Virus record (IMG/VR): IMGVR_UViG_3300028601_000023
Coordinates: 32,001-96,000 of that record
DNA: 64,000 bases
DNA from: a virus
Taxonomy: Duplodnaviria; Caudoviricetes
Reading direction: 5' to 3' (one strand)
Part shown: piece by piece, positions 10,273 through 20,804 of the stretch
How the letters are laid out: each line of letters begins with the position of its first letter
How positions within the stretch are numbered: the first letter of the stretch is position 1
Translations under genes and position numbers: made by a program
The notes under the pieces: model-generated
Seen by the model: the letters and a program-made list of their open reading frames with translations, nothing else
What the model was told of the DNA's origin: nothing
Databases searched by the model: none

Positions 10273-10516
10273 TGAATTTATAGTAACAATATTAGATAAA
10301 GAATATCTGATAAAGGGTCTTTCCTTGGGAGGAGACCCTTCCATTGACAAAAAATTGACTATGGAATATTCTGTATCTTCTGATTTACCTCTAACAGACG
10401 ATGACCATGAGCTCGTCAAAAGTTTTCTATCCGCACTTGTTAAGGAGAGCATGAATGGAGTTAACGGAAAAGATTGTCTTAAAGAACTTAATCCTCAACC
10501 CGAACTATTTTCTTAA
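10259..10516 (+). CDS. Small protein at the T4 gp40 position
   Basis: Synteny between uvsX and gene 41 only. Confidence 0.4.
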   Translation: MLSTDEFIVTILDKEYLIKGLSLGGDPSIDKKLTMEYSVSSDLPLTDDDHELVKSFLSALVKESMNGVNGKDCLKELNPQPELFS

Positions 10517-11831
10517 AGTATATCCGTTCATTGAAGAATCGTTATTTTCAGAAAGAATTACACAGAAATTATTCAAAGCAATATCAGCATATAATAACAA
10601 GTATAATAGACAAGCAAATCTTCCAGTAATAAATGTATTCATTGAATCTATCAAAGGTGTCTCAGATACAGAATATAAAGCTCTAAAAGAACTTGAACAA
10701 TATTTCCATGCAAATGAAACCTTTGCAGATGATTGGTTGTTTGATGAAACAGAATCTTGGATTCAGAAGCGGAAGTACTATGAATCATTAATTGGTGCAG
10801 CAGAGAAGTTTGAGAAAGGAGAGCTTGATACTACTCTTACTGATAAGATTGATGCTGCCCTTTCTATTACCTTTGATAATAACATTGGTATGGAATTCTC
10901 AGAGGCTGAAGACAGATGGGAATCTTATATATCAGAAGAATCACATATTCCGTTTTTGCTTGATGAATTCAATGCTATTACTAACGGCGGCGTTTGTCCA
11001 AAAACATTGAACTGTTTGTTGTCATCTGATACTGGTGGATTCAAATCTGGCACGCTTTGTCATCTAACTGCAGATTATATCAGAACTGGAAAAAATGTTC
11101 TCTATATTACATTGGAAATGGCAGAGGATAAAATTCTTGAACGAATTGACGCCAATATGCTTGATGTTGAAATTGATAATCTTGTCGGACTTGGAAAAGA
11201 TACTTTTATTCGAAGTATTGATGAATGCAACAAGCGAATTCAAGGAAGATTAGTAGTTAAACAATTTCCTACTACTGTTGCTCATGTAGGACATATTCGT
11301 TATCTGTTGAAAGAACTAAAACTGAAAAGAAATTTCATTCCAGATATTATATGTGTAGACTATTTGAATCTAATGGCTTCTATTAGACTTAAGGCATCTG
11401 ATTCTGGGAATTCATATGGTTATATAAAAGCTATTTCAGAAGAGCTTCGTGGCCTTGCAATTGAGCATGATAATGCTATTTGGACTGCAACTCAGTCAAA
11501 TAGAGGCGGTGCAGAGAACGAAAACTTATCTATTACAGATGTATCAGAATCTTATGGTTTAACATATGGCATGGATCTATTTATCGGTATCATTACTACA
11601 GAAGAATTTGATGCTCAGAATAAGATACTATATAAACAGTTGAAGAATCGTTATGCTGATAAAAACAAAATGAATAAGTTTTTTCTTGGTGTAAATAAGG
11701 CTAAGATGACTCTATATTCACAGATGCAGCGTGGTATATCACCTGACAATAAACAAGAAAAACTTGAAGACGAACAGAACGCAATGATGTTCAAAGGTAA
11801 AAAGAACAAGTTTGATAATTTCAACTTTTAG
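10455..11831 (+). CDS. 41: Replicative helicase (gp41, DnaB family)
   Basis: NVLYITLEMAE, ICVDYLNLM, ISEELRGLA, WTATQSNR and QLKNRY. Confidence 0.95.
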   Translation: MELTEKIVLKNLILNPNYFLKVYPFIEESLFSERITQKLFKAISAYNNKYNRQANLPVINVFIESIKGVSDTEYKALKELEQYFHANETFADDWLFDETESWIQKRKYYESLIGAAEKFEKGELDTTLTDKIDAALSITFDNNIGMEFSEAEDRWESYISEESHIPFLLDEFNAITNGGVCPKTLNCLLSSDTGGFKSGTLCHLTADYIRTGKNVLYITLEMAEDKILERIDANMLDVEIDNLVGLGKDTFIRSIDECNKRIQGRLVVKQFPTTVAHVGHIRYLLKELKLKRNFIPDIICVDYLNLMASIRLKASDSGNSYGYIKAISEELRGLAIEHDNAIWTATQSNRGGAENENLSITDVSESYGLTYGMDLFIGIITTEEFDAQNKILYKQLKNRYADKNKMNKFFLGVNKAKMTLYSQMQRGISPDNKQEKLEDEQNAMMFKGKKNKFDNFNF

Positions 11832-11840
11832 AGGAGTTCA

Positions 11841-12386
11841 ATGAAAAGTCATCCACTAGTAGTAAACCTTTATGGCGGTCCAGGAACTGGTAAATCGACG
11901 GCCGCCGCTATGATCTATTCTAAACTGAAAATGCAACACCTTGAAGTAGAACTTGTTACTGAGTTTGCTAAAGATCTAACTTATGAAGAAAGATTTCATG
12001 ATCTTGGAAATCAGATCTATGTTTTCGGCGAACAATATCGTAGAATGGATCGTCTATTCGGATCTGTAGATATTATCATTACTGATTCTCCATTATTACT
12101 TTCGTGTATCTATTCAAAGAATCCTCTATATAAGAACTATCTTGATGTTATGATCAGGCGCGTCTCAGAATATGTAGACCGATATGCTATCAATGTTTTA
12201 CTACAACGAGAATCTGACTATAAAGAATCCGGCCGCAAAGAGTCTATGACAGAAGCAGAAGAGATTCATATGATCATTGAAAATATGCTAAAGGGAGAAG
12301 AAATCGACTATATTACTGTTCTAAGCAATCCAGATCATATTGATAGACTTGCTCAGTATATTCTCGATAAAATAAATAGATCATGA
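11841..12386 (+). CDS. P-loop NTPase/kinase (AAA_28, NadR-like)
   Basis: GGPGTGKST, VTEFAKDL and IITDSPLLL. Confidence 0.75.
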   Translation: MKSHPLVVNLYGGPGTGKSTAAAMIYSKLKMQHLEVELVTEFAKDLTYEERFHDLGNQIYVFGEQYRRMDRLFGSVDIIITDSPLLLSCIYSKNPLYKNYLDVMIRRVSEYVDRYAINVLLQRESDYKESGRKESMTEAEEIHMIIENMLKGEEIDYITVLSNPDHIDRLAQYILDKINRS

Positions 12387-13138
12387 AAACATTTATAGAA
12401 TATATTGCCGAAGCTAAAAAGTTCGCTCGTGCAAAAGATCAAGATTTCACAAATGATCCTCAGCTTGTATTGTCCTTTGTAGAATCAGATGAAAAGACTT
12501 ATAAACAGTCATTGGAAAGAAGCCATGATTCTGCTAGTCATGGAATAAAACATTTTGGTGAGTTCGATCCTGAAACTATGCGAGCAATTCTAACTCAGGT
12601 CAAGTCAACAATTCAACAGTTTCTAAAAGATAATCCAGATCACTTCTGTGGGCTTCTCAAAAAACTATCGGGATTTATTACAACTGATCCTAAAGAAGCC
12701 TTTAAACGTGCTAATCTACATATTCTAGCTAACACTCTTGATCTAATCAATGACAAATATATACTTAGAAATAAAATGATTGACATTGAAAAGGATCTGG
12801 TTAAGTATATTCGTATGATTGAGAAAAACTATCTGAGGATTATCAATGACAAACTGAAATCTTCCGTCTCATTAGATAAAGTTTCTGATGATCAGATGCG
12901 TGATGAACTTTTCAAAGCAAAAAGAGTTTCATTTCAAGCATGGCAAGGAACGATTGCTGTTGATATTCTTTTAGACTTTACTGATAATTCAATGATCATT
13001 AGTACACCAGATTATATTAGAACTATGTATCAGTTCGATAGACCGGCGTCTACAAAAGAAGGAACGATTAAGAATTTTTTGTCGAAAGGAATTAAACCCG
13101 AGAACAAACAACTAAATGCTATAATGCAAGGGATCTAA
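12383..13138 (+). CDS. Putative internal head protein with capsid-targeting leader
   Basis: N-terminus MKTFIEYIAE|A. Confidence 0.6.
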   Translation: MKTFIEYIAEAKKFARAKDQDFTNDPQLVLSFVESDEKTYKQSLERSHDSASHGIKHFGEFDPETMRAILTQVKSTIQQFLKDNPDHFCGLLKKLSGFITTDPKEAFKRANLHILANTLDLINDKYILRNKMIDIEKDLVKYIRMIEKNYLRIINDKLKSSVSLDKVSDDQMRDELFKAKRVSFQAWQGTIAVDILLDFTDNSMIISTPDYIRTMYQFDRPASTKEGTIKNFLSKGIKPENKQLNAIMQGI

Positions 13139-14221
13139 ATGCAAAACATCCATTCGTCTCATATTGAAGATTTAGTCATAGATGGAGTCGATGGTCTTTT
13201 TAAAATAATGGATGGCCTCGACATGACCCAAACCTTTTGTCGAGGCCATGGATATGAGAATTCTATCTCTTTAAAGATAGATGGTTCTGTATCTATTGTT
13301 GCTGGATGGCTGAATGGAAAGTTCTTTGTAGGCTCCAAGTCTGTTTTCAATAAGAAGCCAAAGATTAATTTCTCTGAAATTGACATTCAAACAAATCACA
13401 ACGGAGAACTTTCCAAGATTCTTGTGCTCTGTTTAGAACTTCTTCGTCCAGTTATTCCAAAAGGAAAGATATATCAAGGCGATCTTCTATTCTATCCTGA
13501 AAAACCTGCAACCAGTTTCGGATCTCATTGTATTTTTCACTGTAATAAAATAATCTATACAGTTCCAAGCAATAGTAATCTTCTTTATGCTACTATTGGA
13601 ATTGCTTTTCACACTGAATATGATTCTAATTTCAATTTGTATTCATATGTCGTTCATCCAGAAGTTCTGAATTATTCTGACAACGTATATGTGTTGAGTA
13701 CATTATTCAAGTCTCCTAAAGTGTACGTTCCATATAGTGAAGTGTTTTTGGATGATTTTATTCATCGACTTGGACGAACTCCGTTTCATCCTGAAATCAA
13801 ACCTCTTTTCTTGATGTATCAGAATTCTTTCTATAGAGAAGATATTTATCATCCAACGGACCCATTTGAGAAGGCGTTTTATTTTGAAGAATGGATTGCT
13901 AAAAGAAAAGAAACCGATAAGAAGAAATATGATTGGTTTGCTATCATGACTTCAATCAATCATACTCCTATTGTAGAAGCATTTTCAGTTGCCAATTATG
14001 TAACTGATGTAAAGATAAGATGTATAGAAGCTCTTAATTCTGTTCAAAATATAAAATGTAGCTTTTATCGAAAATCAAAAGCTGATATTAATGATGCCAT
14101 AGAATCAACCAATCATGAAGGATATGTCATTACTATGGGCAAAGCTATGGGCACTAAACTTGTAAATCGGAATATATTTTCAAGAGCTAACTTCTCAGAC
14201 GATATTATCAGAGGATGGTAA
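13139..14221 (+). CDS. Ligase/nucleotidyltransferase-fold protein conserved in T4-like phages
   Basis: HIEDL, SLKIDGS (KxDG), YQGDLLF, HEGYV and KLVNRxxFSRANF. Confidence 0.65.
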   Translation: MQNIHSSHIEDLVIDGVDGLFKIMDGLDMTQTFCRGHGYENSISLKIDGSVSIVAGWLNGKFFVGSKSVFNKKPKINFSEIDIQTNHNGELSKILVLCLELLRPVIPKGKIYQGDLLFYPEKPATSFGSHCIFHCNKIIYTVPSNSNLLYATIGIAFHTEYDSNFNLYSYVVHPEVLNYSDNVYVLSTLFKSPKVYVPYSEVFLDDFIHRLGRTPFHPEIKPLFLMYQNSFYREDIYHPTDPFEKAFYFEEWIAKRKETDKKKYDWFAIMTSINHTPIVEAFSVANYVTDVKIRCIEALNSVQNIKCSFYRKSKADINDAIESTNHEGYVITMGKAMGTKLVNRNIFSRANFSDDIIRGW

Positions 14222-14222
14222 T

Positions 14223-14744
14223 ATGAATATCTTAACTTTTGCTATGTGTAGAATGCAGCCTCCTACAAGAGGTCATATGAATATCATTGATGCTTTGCAG
14301 TATTCTCCAGGTGATCAGATCCTTTTTCTATCACAGAAACAAGACTCCAAAGACAATCCGCTATCGTTTGAAGTCCGAAAAGAATTTCTTCGGCATAAGT
14401 ATTTCAATTTGAATATTTTGCCAGCTGCTAATCTTTTTGGATGTTTAGAATTTCTGAAAGGTGAATATGATATTGTTAATATAGTCTGTGGATCTGATCG
14501 GTATGTTGAGTATCATAAGTTCAAGAAATATGAATCAGACCTCGGTTATTTTATAAATATAATACAATGCGAGTCTGATAGTCGAGATAAAGTTTCTGGA
14601 ACTATGCTCAGAAATGCAGTGATAAATAATGAAAAGGATCAATTTATTAAACTTTGTATGTTTGATAATTATAGATCAGAGCAGCTATACGATTTGATGA
14701 GAGGACTATTGTGTGATTCATCCTTTAGAGATAAATGTAAATAA
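14223..14744 (+). CDS. Cytidylyltransferase-family (HxGH) nucleotidyltransferase
   Basis: RMQPPTRGH, NPLSF, VCGSDR and SGTMLR. Confidence 0.8.
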   Translation: MNILTFAMCRMQPPTRGHMNIIDALQYSPGDQILFLSQKQDSKDNPLSFEVRKEFLRHKYFNLNILPAANLFGCLEFLKGEYDIVNIVCGSDRYVEYHKFKKYESDLGYFINIIQCESDSRDKVSGTMLRNAVINNEKDQFIKLCMFDNYRSEQLYDLMRGLLCDSSFRDKCK

Positions 14745-15774
14745 AGCATTTGTTGTTGACGTCGAAAATATTGTTTCATGGGGTGCAGGGGTTTCCTACC
14801 CCTCATCCCTCGCCCTCCTCTACGACGCCGACAAAGCACCCACACGCGAACTGACCAGCAAGGGGCACAAGTTCAACTCCTCCATCCTCTCCCCACAGTA
14901 CCAGCGTAACGCGGCCGGCTCGTACACTGACGTAGGTGCGAAACCTGCGGTGGATGTGTTTGACGGCGAGAAGTGGTTGCGGAGTTGTGGCGCTATCACA
15001 AACCTTTTCTCGGGCGATACATCTATCGCCCGATCTGCCTCGCTCACAAGCGGCGCAGTTTACGCACTGCAAGTTTTCGGTACTGGTGCGGTATCATGTT
15101 CCTACGGCACTGCTACGGTTGCAACCCCGCTGACATTCACGGCCACGGAAACTGAGTCTGTCACATTCACCCCTACGGGCGCAACGTATTGGATGCTCAC
15201 CAGCACAGCCTACCCCGTGCCGTACGTCCCGCCGGGCGTCACCCAACCCGCAAGCAACGCCACGACCACGAACGGCTGTTGGTTCATACTGTCCGATGGG
15301 TCGCCGATGTGGAAGGCGCTGACGGGCGAACCCCTCACACTGGCAACGCGGGTCAGGATGGGCGTGGGGAGTGCAGATTTGCCGAATAATTCTAATCTGT
15401 CGATTGTGTCCTGTGCAGGTGTCGACAGCATATCCACTGCAAGGATTGATTCAGTTGGCAACGCTGTGGTGCATCGATCATATGACGGGGCAACGAATAT
15501 AAATCGAACAGCATCTTGGCCCCGCAACTCCATCATCGACCGTGTCACCCAAGTCAACACCGCAGGCACACACTTCCGCATCGGCTACATGATCGAAGGC
15601 ACGAACACAACAATTCAGTGGAGTTCGTGGCAAGTCTATGACGGCAGCTTCAATCCGAGCACTCTCTACCACCTCATGCTCGGCTACAACAACCCATATC
15701 CAATGTGGTTCAACAAAATAGCAGTGTGGAACAAACAGGTTGATGATGCGGCGATATTGGAGGCTTTGAACTAA
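14713..15774 (+). CDS. High-GC, beta-rich virion or fibre-like protein with a LamG/ConA-like C-terminus
   Basis: Thr/Gly/Ser-rich and ends NKIAVWNKQVDDAAILEAL; TATAAATA lies upstream at 14552; GC content jumps abruptly. Confidence 0.5.
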   Translation: MIHPLEINVNKAFVVDVENIVSWGAGVSYPSSLALLYDADKAPTRELTSKGHKFNSSILSPQYQRNAAGSYTDVGAKPAVDVFDGEKWLRSCGAITNLFSGDTSIARSASLTSGAVYALQVFGTGAVSCSYGTATVATPLTFTATETESVTFTPTGATYWMLTSTAYPVPYVPPGVTQPASNATTTNGCWFILSDGSPMWKALTGEPLTLATRVRMGVGSADLPNNSNLSIVSCAGVDSISTARIDSVGNAVVHRSYDGATNINRTASWPRNSIIDRVTQVNTAGTHFRIGYMIEGTNTTIQWSSWQVYDGSFNPSTLYHLMLGYNNPYPMWFNKIAVWNKQVDDAAILEALN

Positions 15775-15978
15775 TGAGACACACACATCCTACTTCGGAG
15801 CCTACTACCACTGTCCTTGGATGACTCCTCGTCAGATTCTCATCCTTGAAGAGTTATGTAAGAAATATAAAGATGAGATGGAAGATTCTATTGACAAAGA
15901 AGCATTTTTAGATTTCAAAAAACAAATAGATGCTGAAGCTGAAATTAAACGGAAAATATTTTCTAAGGATATAATACA

Positions 15979-16194
15979 ATGAAAACTTATACTGAATTTT
16001 TAAATGAGGGCGTAGATCCTGAAGTAAAGAAATTGAAAAAAGGGCAGACTATCAAATACTATGTTAAGTCTGGTACTTCTCATTTGTTTACTGGAACAAT
16101 TATGAAAGTCGGATCAAATTTCTTTATTATCAAAATGCTTCCGACTGGTGACACTACTCATATTCTAAAATCTGACTTGGAGCTTGACAAATGA
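15979..16194 (+). CDS. Small putative internal head protein (SH3-like pattern)
   Basis: Leader MKTYTEFLNE|G. Confidence 0.55.
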   Translation: MKTYTEFLNEGVDPEVKKLKKGQTIKYYVKSGTSHLFTGTIMKVGSNFFIIKMLPTGDTTHILKSDLELDK

Positions 16195-16577
16195 AATCAT
16201 TTAAAGAAATTCTAGAGAACGAATTCCCAAAAGGATATGGTGCAGAATCTTTACATCAACTTCCATATGACGTTCAACGAAAGGTTCCACACGGTCATCA
16301 TTTAATTGCTGTAATGCAACAGAAGACTGCTAAAACATTTCAATTGATTCTTGATCCCGAACCAGATGTCATTTCTGAATTCGGTAAAGGAGTATATCGT
16401 TTCTATTCTCCTTCACTTGATGCAAAGACTCTGATCAAGATTAATCTGTCTAATGGATTCTGTCAGTTTATTGATATGGACCTCTACAAAGATGAACATA
16501 AGATCCGATGGAAGTCAGCATTCAAACCTCTCTGGCTTGATATCTATAATATGCAACTGATGAAAAAATATCAGTAA
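16191..16577 (+). CDS. Putative internal head protein
   Basis: Leader MKSFKEILE(NE). Confidence 0.45.
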   Translation: MKSFKEILENEFPKGYGAESLHQLPYDVQRKVPHGHHLIAVMQQKTAKTFQLILDPEPDVISEFGKGVYRFYSPSLDAKTLIKINLSNGFCQFIDMDLYKDEHKIRWKSAFKPLWLDIYNMQLMKKYQ

Positions 16578-16651
16578 AGCATTCTAACATTCTGAAAGGA
16601 TCTGGTTGACATCGATCAGATCCTTTTGTATTTGTAATTCTTGAATAACAA

Positions 16652-18481
16652 ATGGAGGCAACCTTGAGTTCAGAATTTAAAGTCCTATCCGATCGAGCGC
16701 ATATCTTACTGAGACCGTCAATGTATATAGGCTCAGTCTCTCCAGAACTAGTCAATAGATATATAGACGGCAAACATGTTCAAGTTTCAATCGTTCAAGG
16801 TCTATCAAAAATCATTAATGAATTGATAGATAATTCTATTGATGAATTCCTCAGATCTGGCAAGAAATTTGCAAACAAAATTTCTATCACAGCAAATTCA
16901 AAATCATTCAGAATAGAAGACAACGGCAGAGGCATTCCAGTAGAGAAATATGAAAATACTTGGAAACCAGAACTTTGTTGGACAGCATGCAGAGCTGGAA
17001 CGTCTTTCTCTGATGATCGTGTTGGTGCTGGTGCAAACGGCCTTGGATCTGTTGCTGCAAATATCTTCTCTAAGAAATTCCTTGGAGAGACAGCTGACGG
17101 TCAGAGAGTTTGTACTGTTCTCTGTCAAGACAATGCCGAAAAGGTCAATACATCTGTCAGTATAAAGAAAACAAACAAGACTGGAACGTCTGTTTATATT
17201 GAACCAGACTTTCAACGATTCTCTTGTACAGAATTCTCTGAAGATCAAATCACGTTGATCCGAGAAAGACTCCTTGGGATTGCTTCTATCTATCCAGAAA
17301 TCTCCTTTACTTTCAATGGTGAATCAATCCGTTGTAGAAAACCAAAAGATTATTTGACTATCTTTGGTGAAACATTTATTGCTCATGAAGATCAGAATTT
17401 CTTTATCGGAATCTTTCCGACATCGACTGATGAATATTGTCAGAAATCAATGCTGGACGGTCTAGAGTTTTTCAACGGTGGATCTCATGAAGAATATGTT
17501 TCAAGGTCTCTATCAAATGAACTAAAAGTTCTGATTAAGAAAAAACATAAGCTTGAGATGAGTCCTGCTGAAATCAAGCGTGGACTATTCTTGGTCATCA
17601 ATGGAAAACATTTTCAGAACATGAAATTTGATTCTCAGACTAAAGAGCGTCTGACCAACACGGAATCAGAAGTCAAAAAGTATTTCGGTGAGATTCCATT
17701 CGAGAAACTTGCTAAACAGATTCTTGCCACTGATGATATTATTTTGCCGATCATTGAAACAAAATTAGCAAAGCAAGCTGCAATCGATGCTCGTGCTGTT
17801 ACAATGGCACAAAAGAAATTGTCTGCAAATAAAGTAGACAAACATTTGAAAGCTCTGTCAAGAAATCCAGATGAACGTATTTTGTTTCTTTGTGAAGGTG
17901 ATTCTGCTGCTGGTGCTTTGAAAGTTGTCCGTGATATTCAGAAACATGGAGGATTCCCTTTACGAGGAGTTCCAATGAATTGTTATGGATCAACTCATAA
18001 GCAGATACTAGAGAACAAAGAATTCAAAAACATCATGGCTATTCTAGGATTGCAATTCAATAAATCTAAAATAGAAACACTTGACAATCTAGAATATGGC
18101 ACTGTTGGAATCATGACTGATGCCGATGTAGACGGCTCTCACATCCTAACTCTCTTAGTAAATTTCTTTTACAATTGGCCGGAGCTCTTTGCTAACGGTA
18201 TTATCAAATATGTACGTACACCGCGTTGGATATGTACAAAAAATAAAGATGTTCAGTATTTTTATACAGATGAAGATTTTGAACAGAAGAGAAACTCTCT
18301 GAAAGGATATGAAATCCGCTATATCAAAGGCCTTGGATCTCTTAGAACACATGAATATACATTTGCTATTAATAATCAATCTATGTGGCAGACTATTACC
18401 ATAGACGATGTCTCAGCAATCAGAACAATGTTCGCTGGAGATGCTGTTTCAGAAAGAAAAGAAATTCTAAAAAACGGTTGA
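16652..18481 (+). CDS. 39: Type II topoisomerase large subunit (gp39+60 fused)
   Basis: RPSMYIGS, ELIDNSIDE, EDNGRGIP, CEGDSA, PLRG, DADVDG and YIKGLG. Confidence 0.95.
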   Translation: MEATLSSEFKVLSDRAHILLRPSMYIGSVSPELVNRYIDGKHVQVSIVQGLSKIINELIDNSIDEFLRSGKKFANKISITANSKSFRIEDNGRGIPVEKYENTWKPELCWTACRAGTSFSDDRVGAGANGLGSVAANIFSKKFLGETADGQRVCTVLCQDNAEKVNTSVSIKKTNKTGTSVYIEPDFQRFSCTEFSEDQITLIRERLLGIASIYPEISFTFNGESIRCRKPKDYLTIFGETFIAHEDQNFFIGIFPTSTDEYCQKSMLDGLEFFNGGSHEEYVSRSLSNELKVLIKKKHKLEMSPAEIKRGLFLVINGKHFQNMKFDSQTKERLTNTESEVKKYFGEIPFEKLAKQILATDDIILPIIETKLAKQAAIDARAVTMAQKKLSANKVDKHLKALSRNPDERILFLCEGDSAAGALKVVRDIQKHGGFPLRGVPMNCYGSTHKQILENKEFKNIMAILGLQFNKSKIETLDNLEYGTVGIMTDADVDGSHILTLLVNFFYNWPELFANGIIKYVRTPRWICTKNKDVQYFYTDEDFEQKRNSLKGYEIRYIKGLGSLRTHEYTFAINNQSMWQTITIDDVSAIRTMFAGDAVSERKEILKNG

Positions 18482-18533
18482 TCTTTCCAGATCTATTCAA
18501 TATAATAAGAAATCAAGACAAAGAGGAGTACAA

Positions 18534-19850
18534 ATGTCAGATTTGAAAGTTTCTGAGATGATGCATACGAAATGGAAAGAGCATGCCTTATATGTAATTG
18601 AAAATCGAGCTATCCCATCCTTTGCTGATGGGTTCAAACCAGTCCAAAGATTTTTATTCTATCAAGGAATGAAACTCTGTAAAAATGAATTTGATAAAGT
18701 TGCTGGGGTCGGTAGTTCTGTTGCACGTATTGGATACCATCATGGCGAGAATTCTGCTGTCTCTGCTCTGACTGCGATGGGAGCTGACTGGAACAATAAC
18801 CTTCAGATTTTTCTTGGTGATGGTAACTTTGGATCTAAACTTGATCACGCAGCGGCTGCTGGTAGATACATCAGAGTCAAGATGAACCCAGTAATGAATC
18901 ATATTTTCCTTGATACTGAACTGTCTCCCGAACACGAAGACAAAGAACATATTCCGCCGAAACATTATCTTCCGATTATTCCAATGGCCCTAGTCAACGG
19001 AGTCAAAGGGATTGCTACAGGATATTCAGTCGACATTCCTCCGATGGATCCCGTTACTATTGTAGATGCAATGATTGATATGTGCAGGGGGAAAAATCCC
19101 AGAGAGATTAAACCGAAATATTATGATTTTACTGGATCAGTCAAAAGAGAGTCTGATTCATTTATTATAGAAGGGAAATACGAACAACGATCTCCAACCA
19201 AAATCACTATCACTGAACTTCCTAGAGGATTTGAATCTGATTCATATGAGTCTGTTCTAGACAAACTGCAAGAAAAGAATTTTATTGTTGATTACGTAAA
19301 TGAGTCTAACAAGGATTTCTTCAAGTTTGAAGTCACACTAAAACGAACAGTCAAATGGTCTCATGAAGAAATCATCAAGCATTTTAAATTGCGGACATCT
19401 CATACGTGGAATATCAATACGATTTCTCCAGACGGTAAACTCCAAGAATGGGATTCGACAACTGCTTTTACTGATCTGATGATAGCGTTCTATCAGTTTA
19501 GACTACCGTTTGTTGCTACTAGAATAAAGAATAAGATCTCTTTTCTGGAACACGATATTGCTGCAAAGGAAGCGTTCCTAAAGTTTTGTGCTGACGTTAT
19601 TGCTAATAAATTCTCGTTTAAGATTTCTGAGGAAGATTTTATTGACATTCTAAAAAATAAGTATAAAATGCCAGATTCACACATCCAACCAACAATGAAT
19701 CGACCAATTCGATCGTTTACCCAGAAACATGTTCTAGACATCGAGAATGCCCTGAGAGGACAGAAAGACGAGTTATCATATTATCTATCAACTACCCCTG
19801 AAAAAGAGTACGAGAAGGACCTACAGAACCTCAAGAAATATATCAAATAG
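18534..19850 (+). CDS. 52: Type II topoisomerase medium subunit (gp52)
   Basis: RAIPSFADGFKPVQR, YHHGE, AAGRY (catalytic Tyr) and GIATGY. Confidence 0.95.
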   Translation: MSDLKVSEMMHTKWKEHALYVIENRAIPSFADGFKPVQRFLFYQGMKLCKNEFDKVAGVGSSVARIGYHHGENSAVSALTAMGADWNNNLQIFLGDGNFGSKLDHAAAAGRYIRVKMNPVMNHIFLDTELSPEHEDKEHIPPKHYLPIIPMALVNGVKGIATGYSVDIPPMDPVTIVDAMIDMCRGKNPREIKPKYYDFTGSVKRESDSFIIEGKYEQRSPTKITITELPRGFESDSYESVLDKLQEKNFIVDYVNESNKDFFKFEVTLKRTVKWSHEEIIKHFKLRTSHTWNINTISPDGKLQEWDSTTAFTDLMIAFYQFRLPFVATRIKNKISFLEHDIAAKEAFLKFCADVIANKFSFKISEEDFIDILKNKYKMPDSHIQPTMNRPIRSFTQKHVLDIENALRGQKDELSYYLSTTPEKEYEKDLQNLKKYIK

Positions 19851-20025
19851 GAGAATTCATGAAGATTGCTTATATTTGTCATAAATGTGGAACCGCTCAT
19901 TATATTGTTACAGACGTTGAGGCTGAAGGCGAGCTATATATTTGTATTGATAAGTTTACTTGTAAGGGAAAAGAACTAAGAAAATTCGGAAAGAAAAAAA
20001 CTTTCAAAAAAACTTTCTAAAATAG

Positions 20026-20068
20026 TTGACAGTCTATCAAGAATTGAATATTCTAAACTCAATTGAAC
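20026..20068 (+). promoter_or_regulatory. Early promoter cassette
   Basis: TTGACA-N17-TATTCT-AAACTCAATTGAAC. Confidence 0.85.
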
Positions 20069-20092
20069 ATAACAACAACCTTGGAGTTGAAA

Positions 20093-20590
20093 ATGAACAC
20101 GAACGAAATGATCATGAACAAGCTGGAAGAAATCCTGAAGCCCATTGATGAAAAGATCCTTGAAGATTCCAAGAGATGGATTCTGGAACGTCGAGATGCA
20201 GTACGAGCTTTCACGGCAACCGACGATGCAAAGGCTCTTCGTAGAAGTAACCTTAACCGCTACTATCAAAACATTTGGGATATTGCTGGTGGAAAGGGTT
20301 GGTACAATGTGATCGATGGAAGAAGCGAAGCCGATATTCTCAAGATCATGGAAAAGAATTGTGAAATGACTGCCGAGAAGAGAAACCTTTCCATAGTCAA
20401 GAAGCTTCAGAAGGTAGAAGTAAATGAAGTTCTTGAAGAAAAGTGGAGTCAAACTTCTGATGGATTCAACGGATTCTACTCAATCAACACTGACAAGGGA
20501 AACAAGATTATCGAAATTGACACAATACTTGCCGGTGGCTACAACATCCAGAGACTTCATGTTCGTGTACTTGTAAAGATTCGCAAGTAA
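20093..20590 (+). CDS. Hypothetical early protein
   Basis: Promoter and GGAG RBS upstream; C-terminal ILAGGYNIQRLH. Confidence 0.6.
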   Translation: MNTNEMIMNKLEEILKPIDEKILEDSKRWILERRDAVRAFTATDDAKALRRSNLNRYYQNIWDIAGGKGWYNVIDGRSEADILKIMEKNCEMTAEKRNLSIVKKLQKVEVNEVLEEKWSQTSDGFNGFYSINTDKGNKIIEIDTILAGGYNIQRLHVRVLVKIRK

Positions 20591-20591
20591 C

Positions 20592-20613
20592 TGAGAGGGC
20601 TTACGCCCTCTCA
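20592..20613 (+). terminator. Hairpin, possible terminator
   Basis: TGAGAGGGC-TTAC-GCCCTCTCA, with no U-tract on the + strand. Confidence 0.5.
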
Positions 20614-20627
20614 TAAAAGGATAAGAA

Positions 20628-20804
20628 ATGATTATCAAATGTTGTTGCTGCGCAAGACAGATCACCCACCATAATACAAGCAATGAATATGAATGTCCTT
20701 TGCCAGCTACATATATGGGTCCTACTGTTGGGTATTGTTGTGCTGAATGTTCGAAGGATTTAGATTCAGAAGGAATGTTTCCAGAAGAGAGAGGACTGTA
20801 CTAG
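20628..20804 (+). CDS. Small Cys-rich protein (58 aa, not in the ORF track)
   Basis: MIIKCCCCARQ...YCCAECSKD, with AAGGA upstream. Confidence 0.5.
   Translation: MIIKCCCCARQITHHNTSNEYECPLPATYMGPTVGYCCAECSKDLDSEGMFPEERGLY

Noticed and set aside
14781-15774. Diversity-generating retroelement target
   Set aside because: No template repeat and no reverse transcriptase are visible in the window. The overlapping ORFs here are a side effect of high GC.
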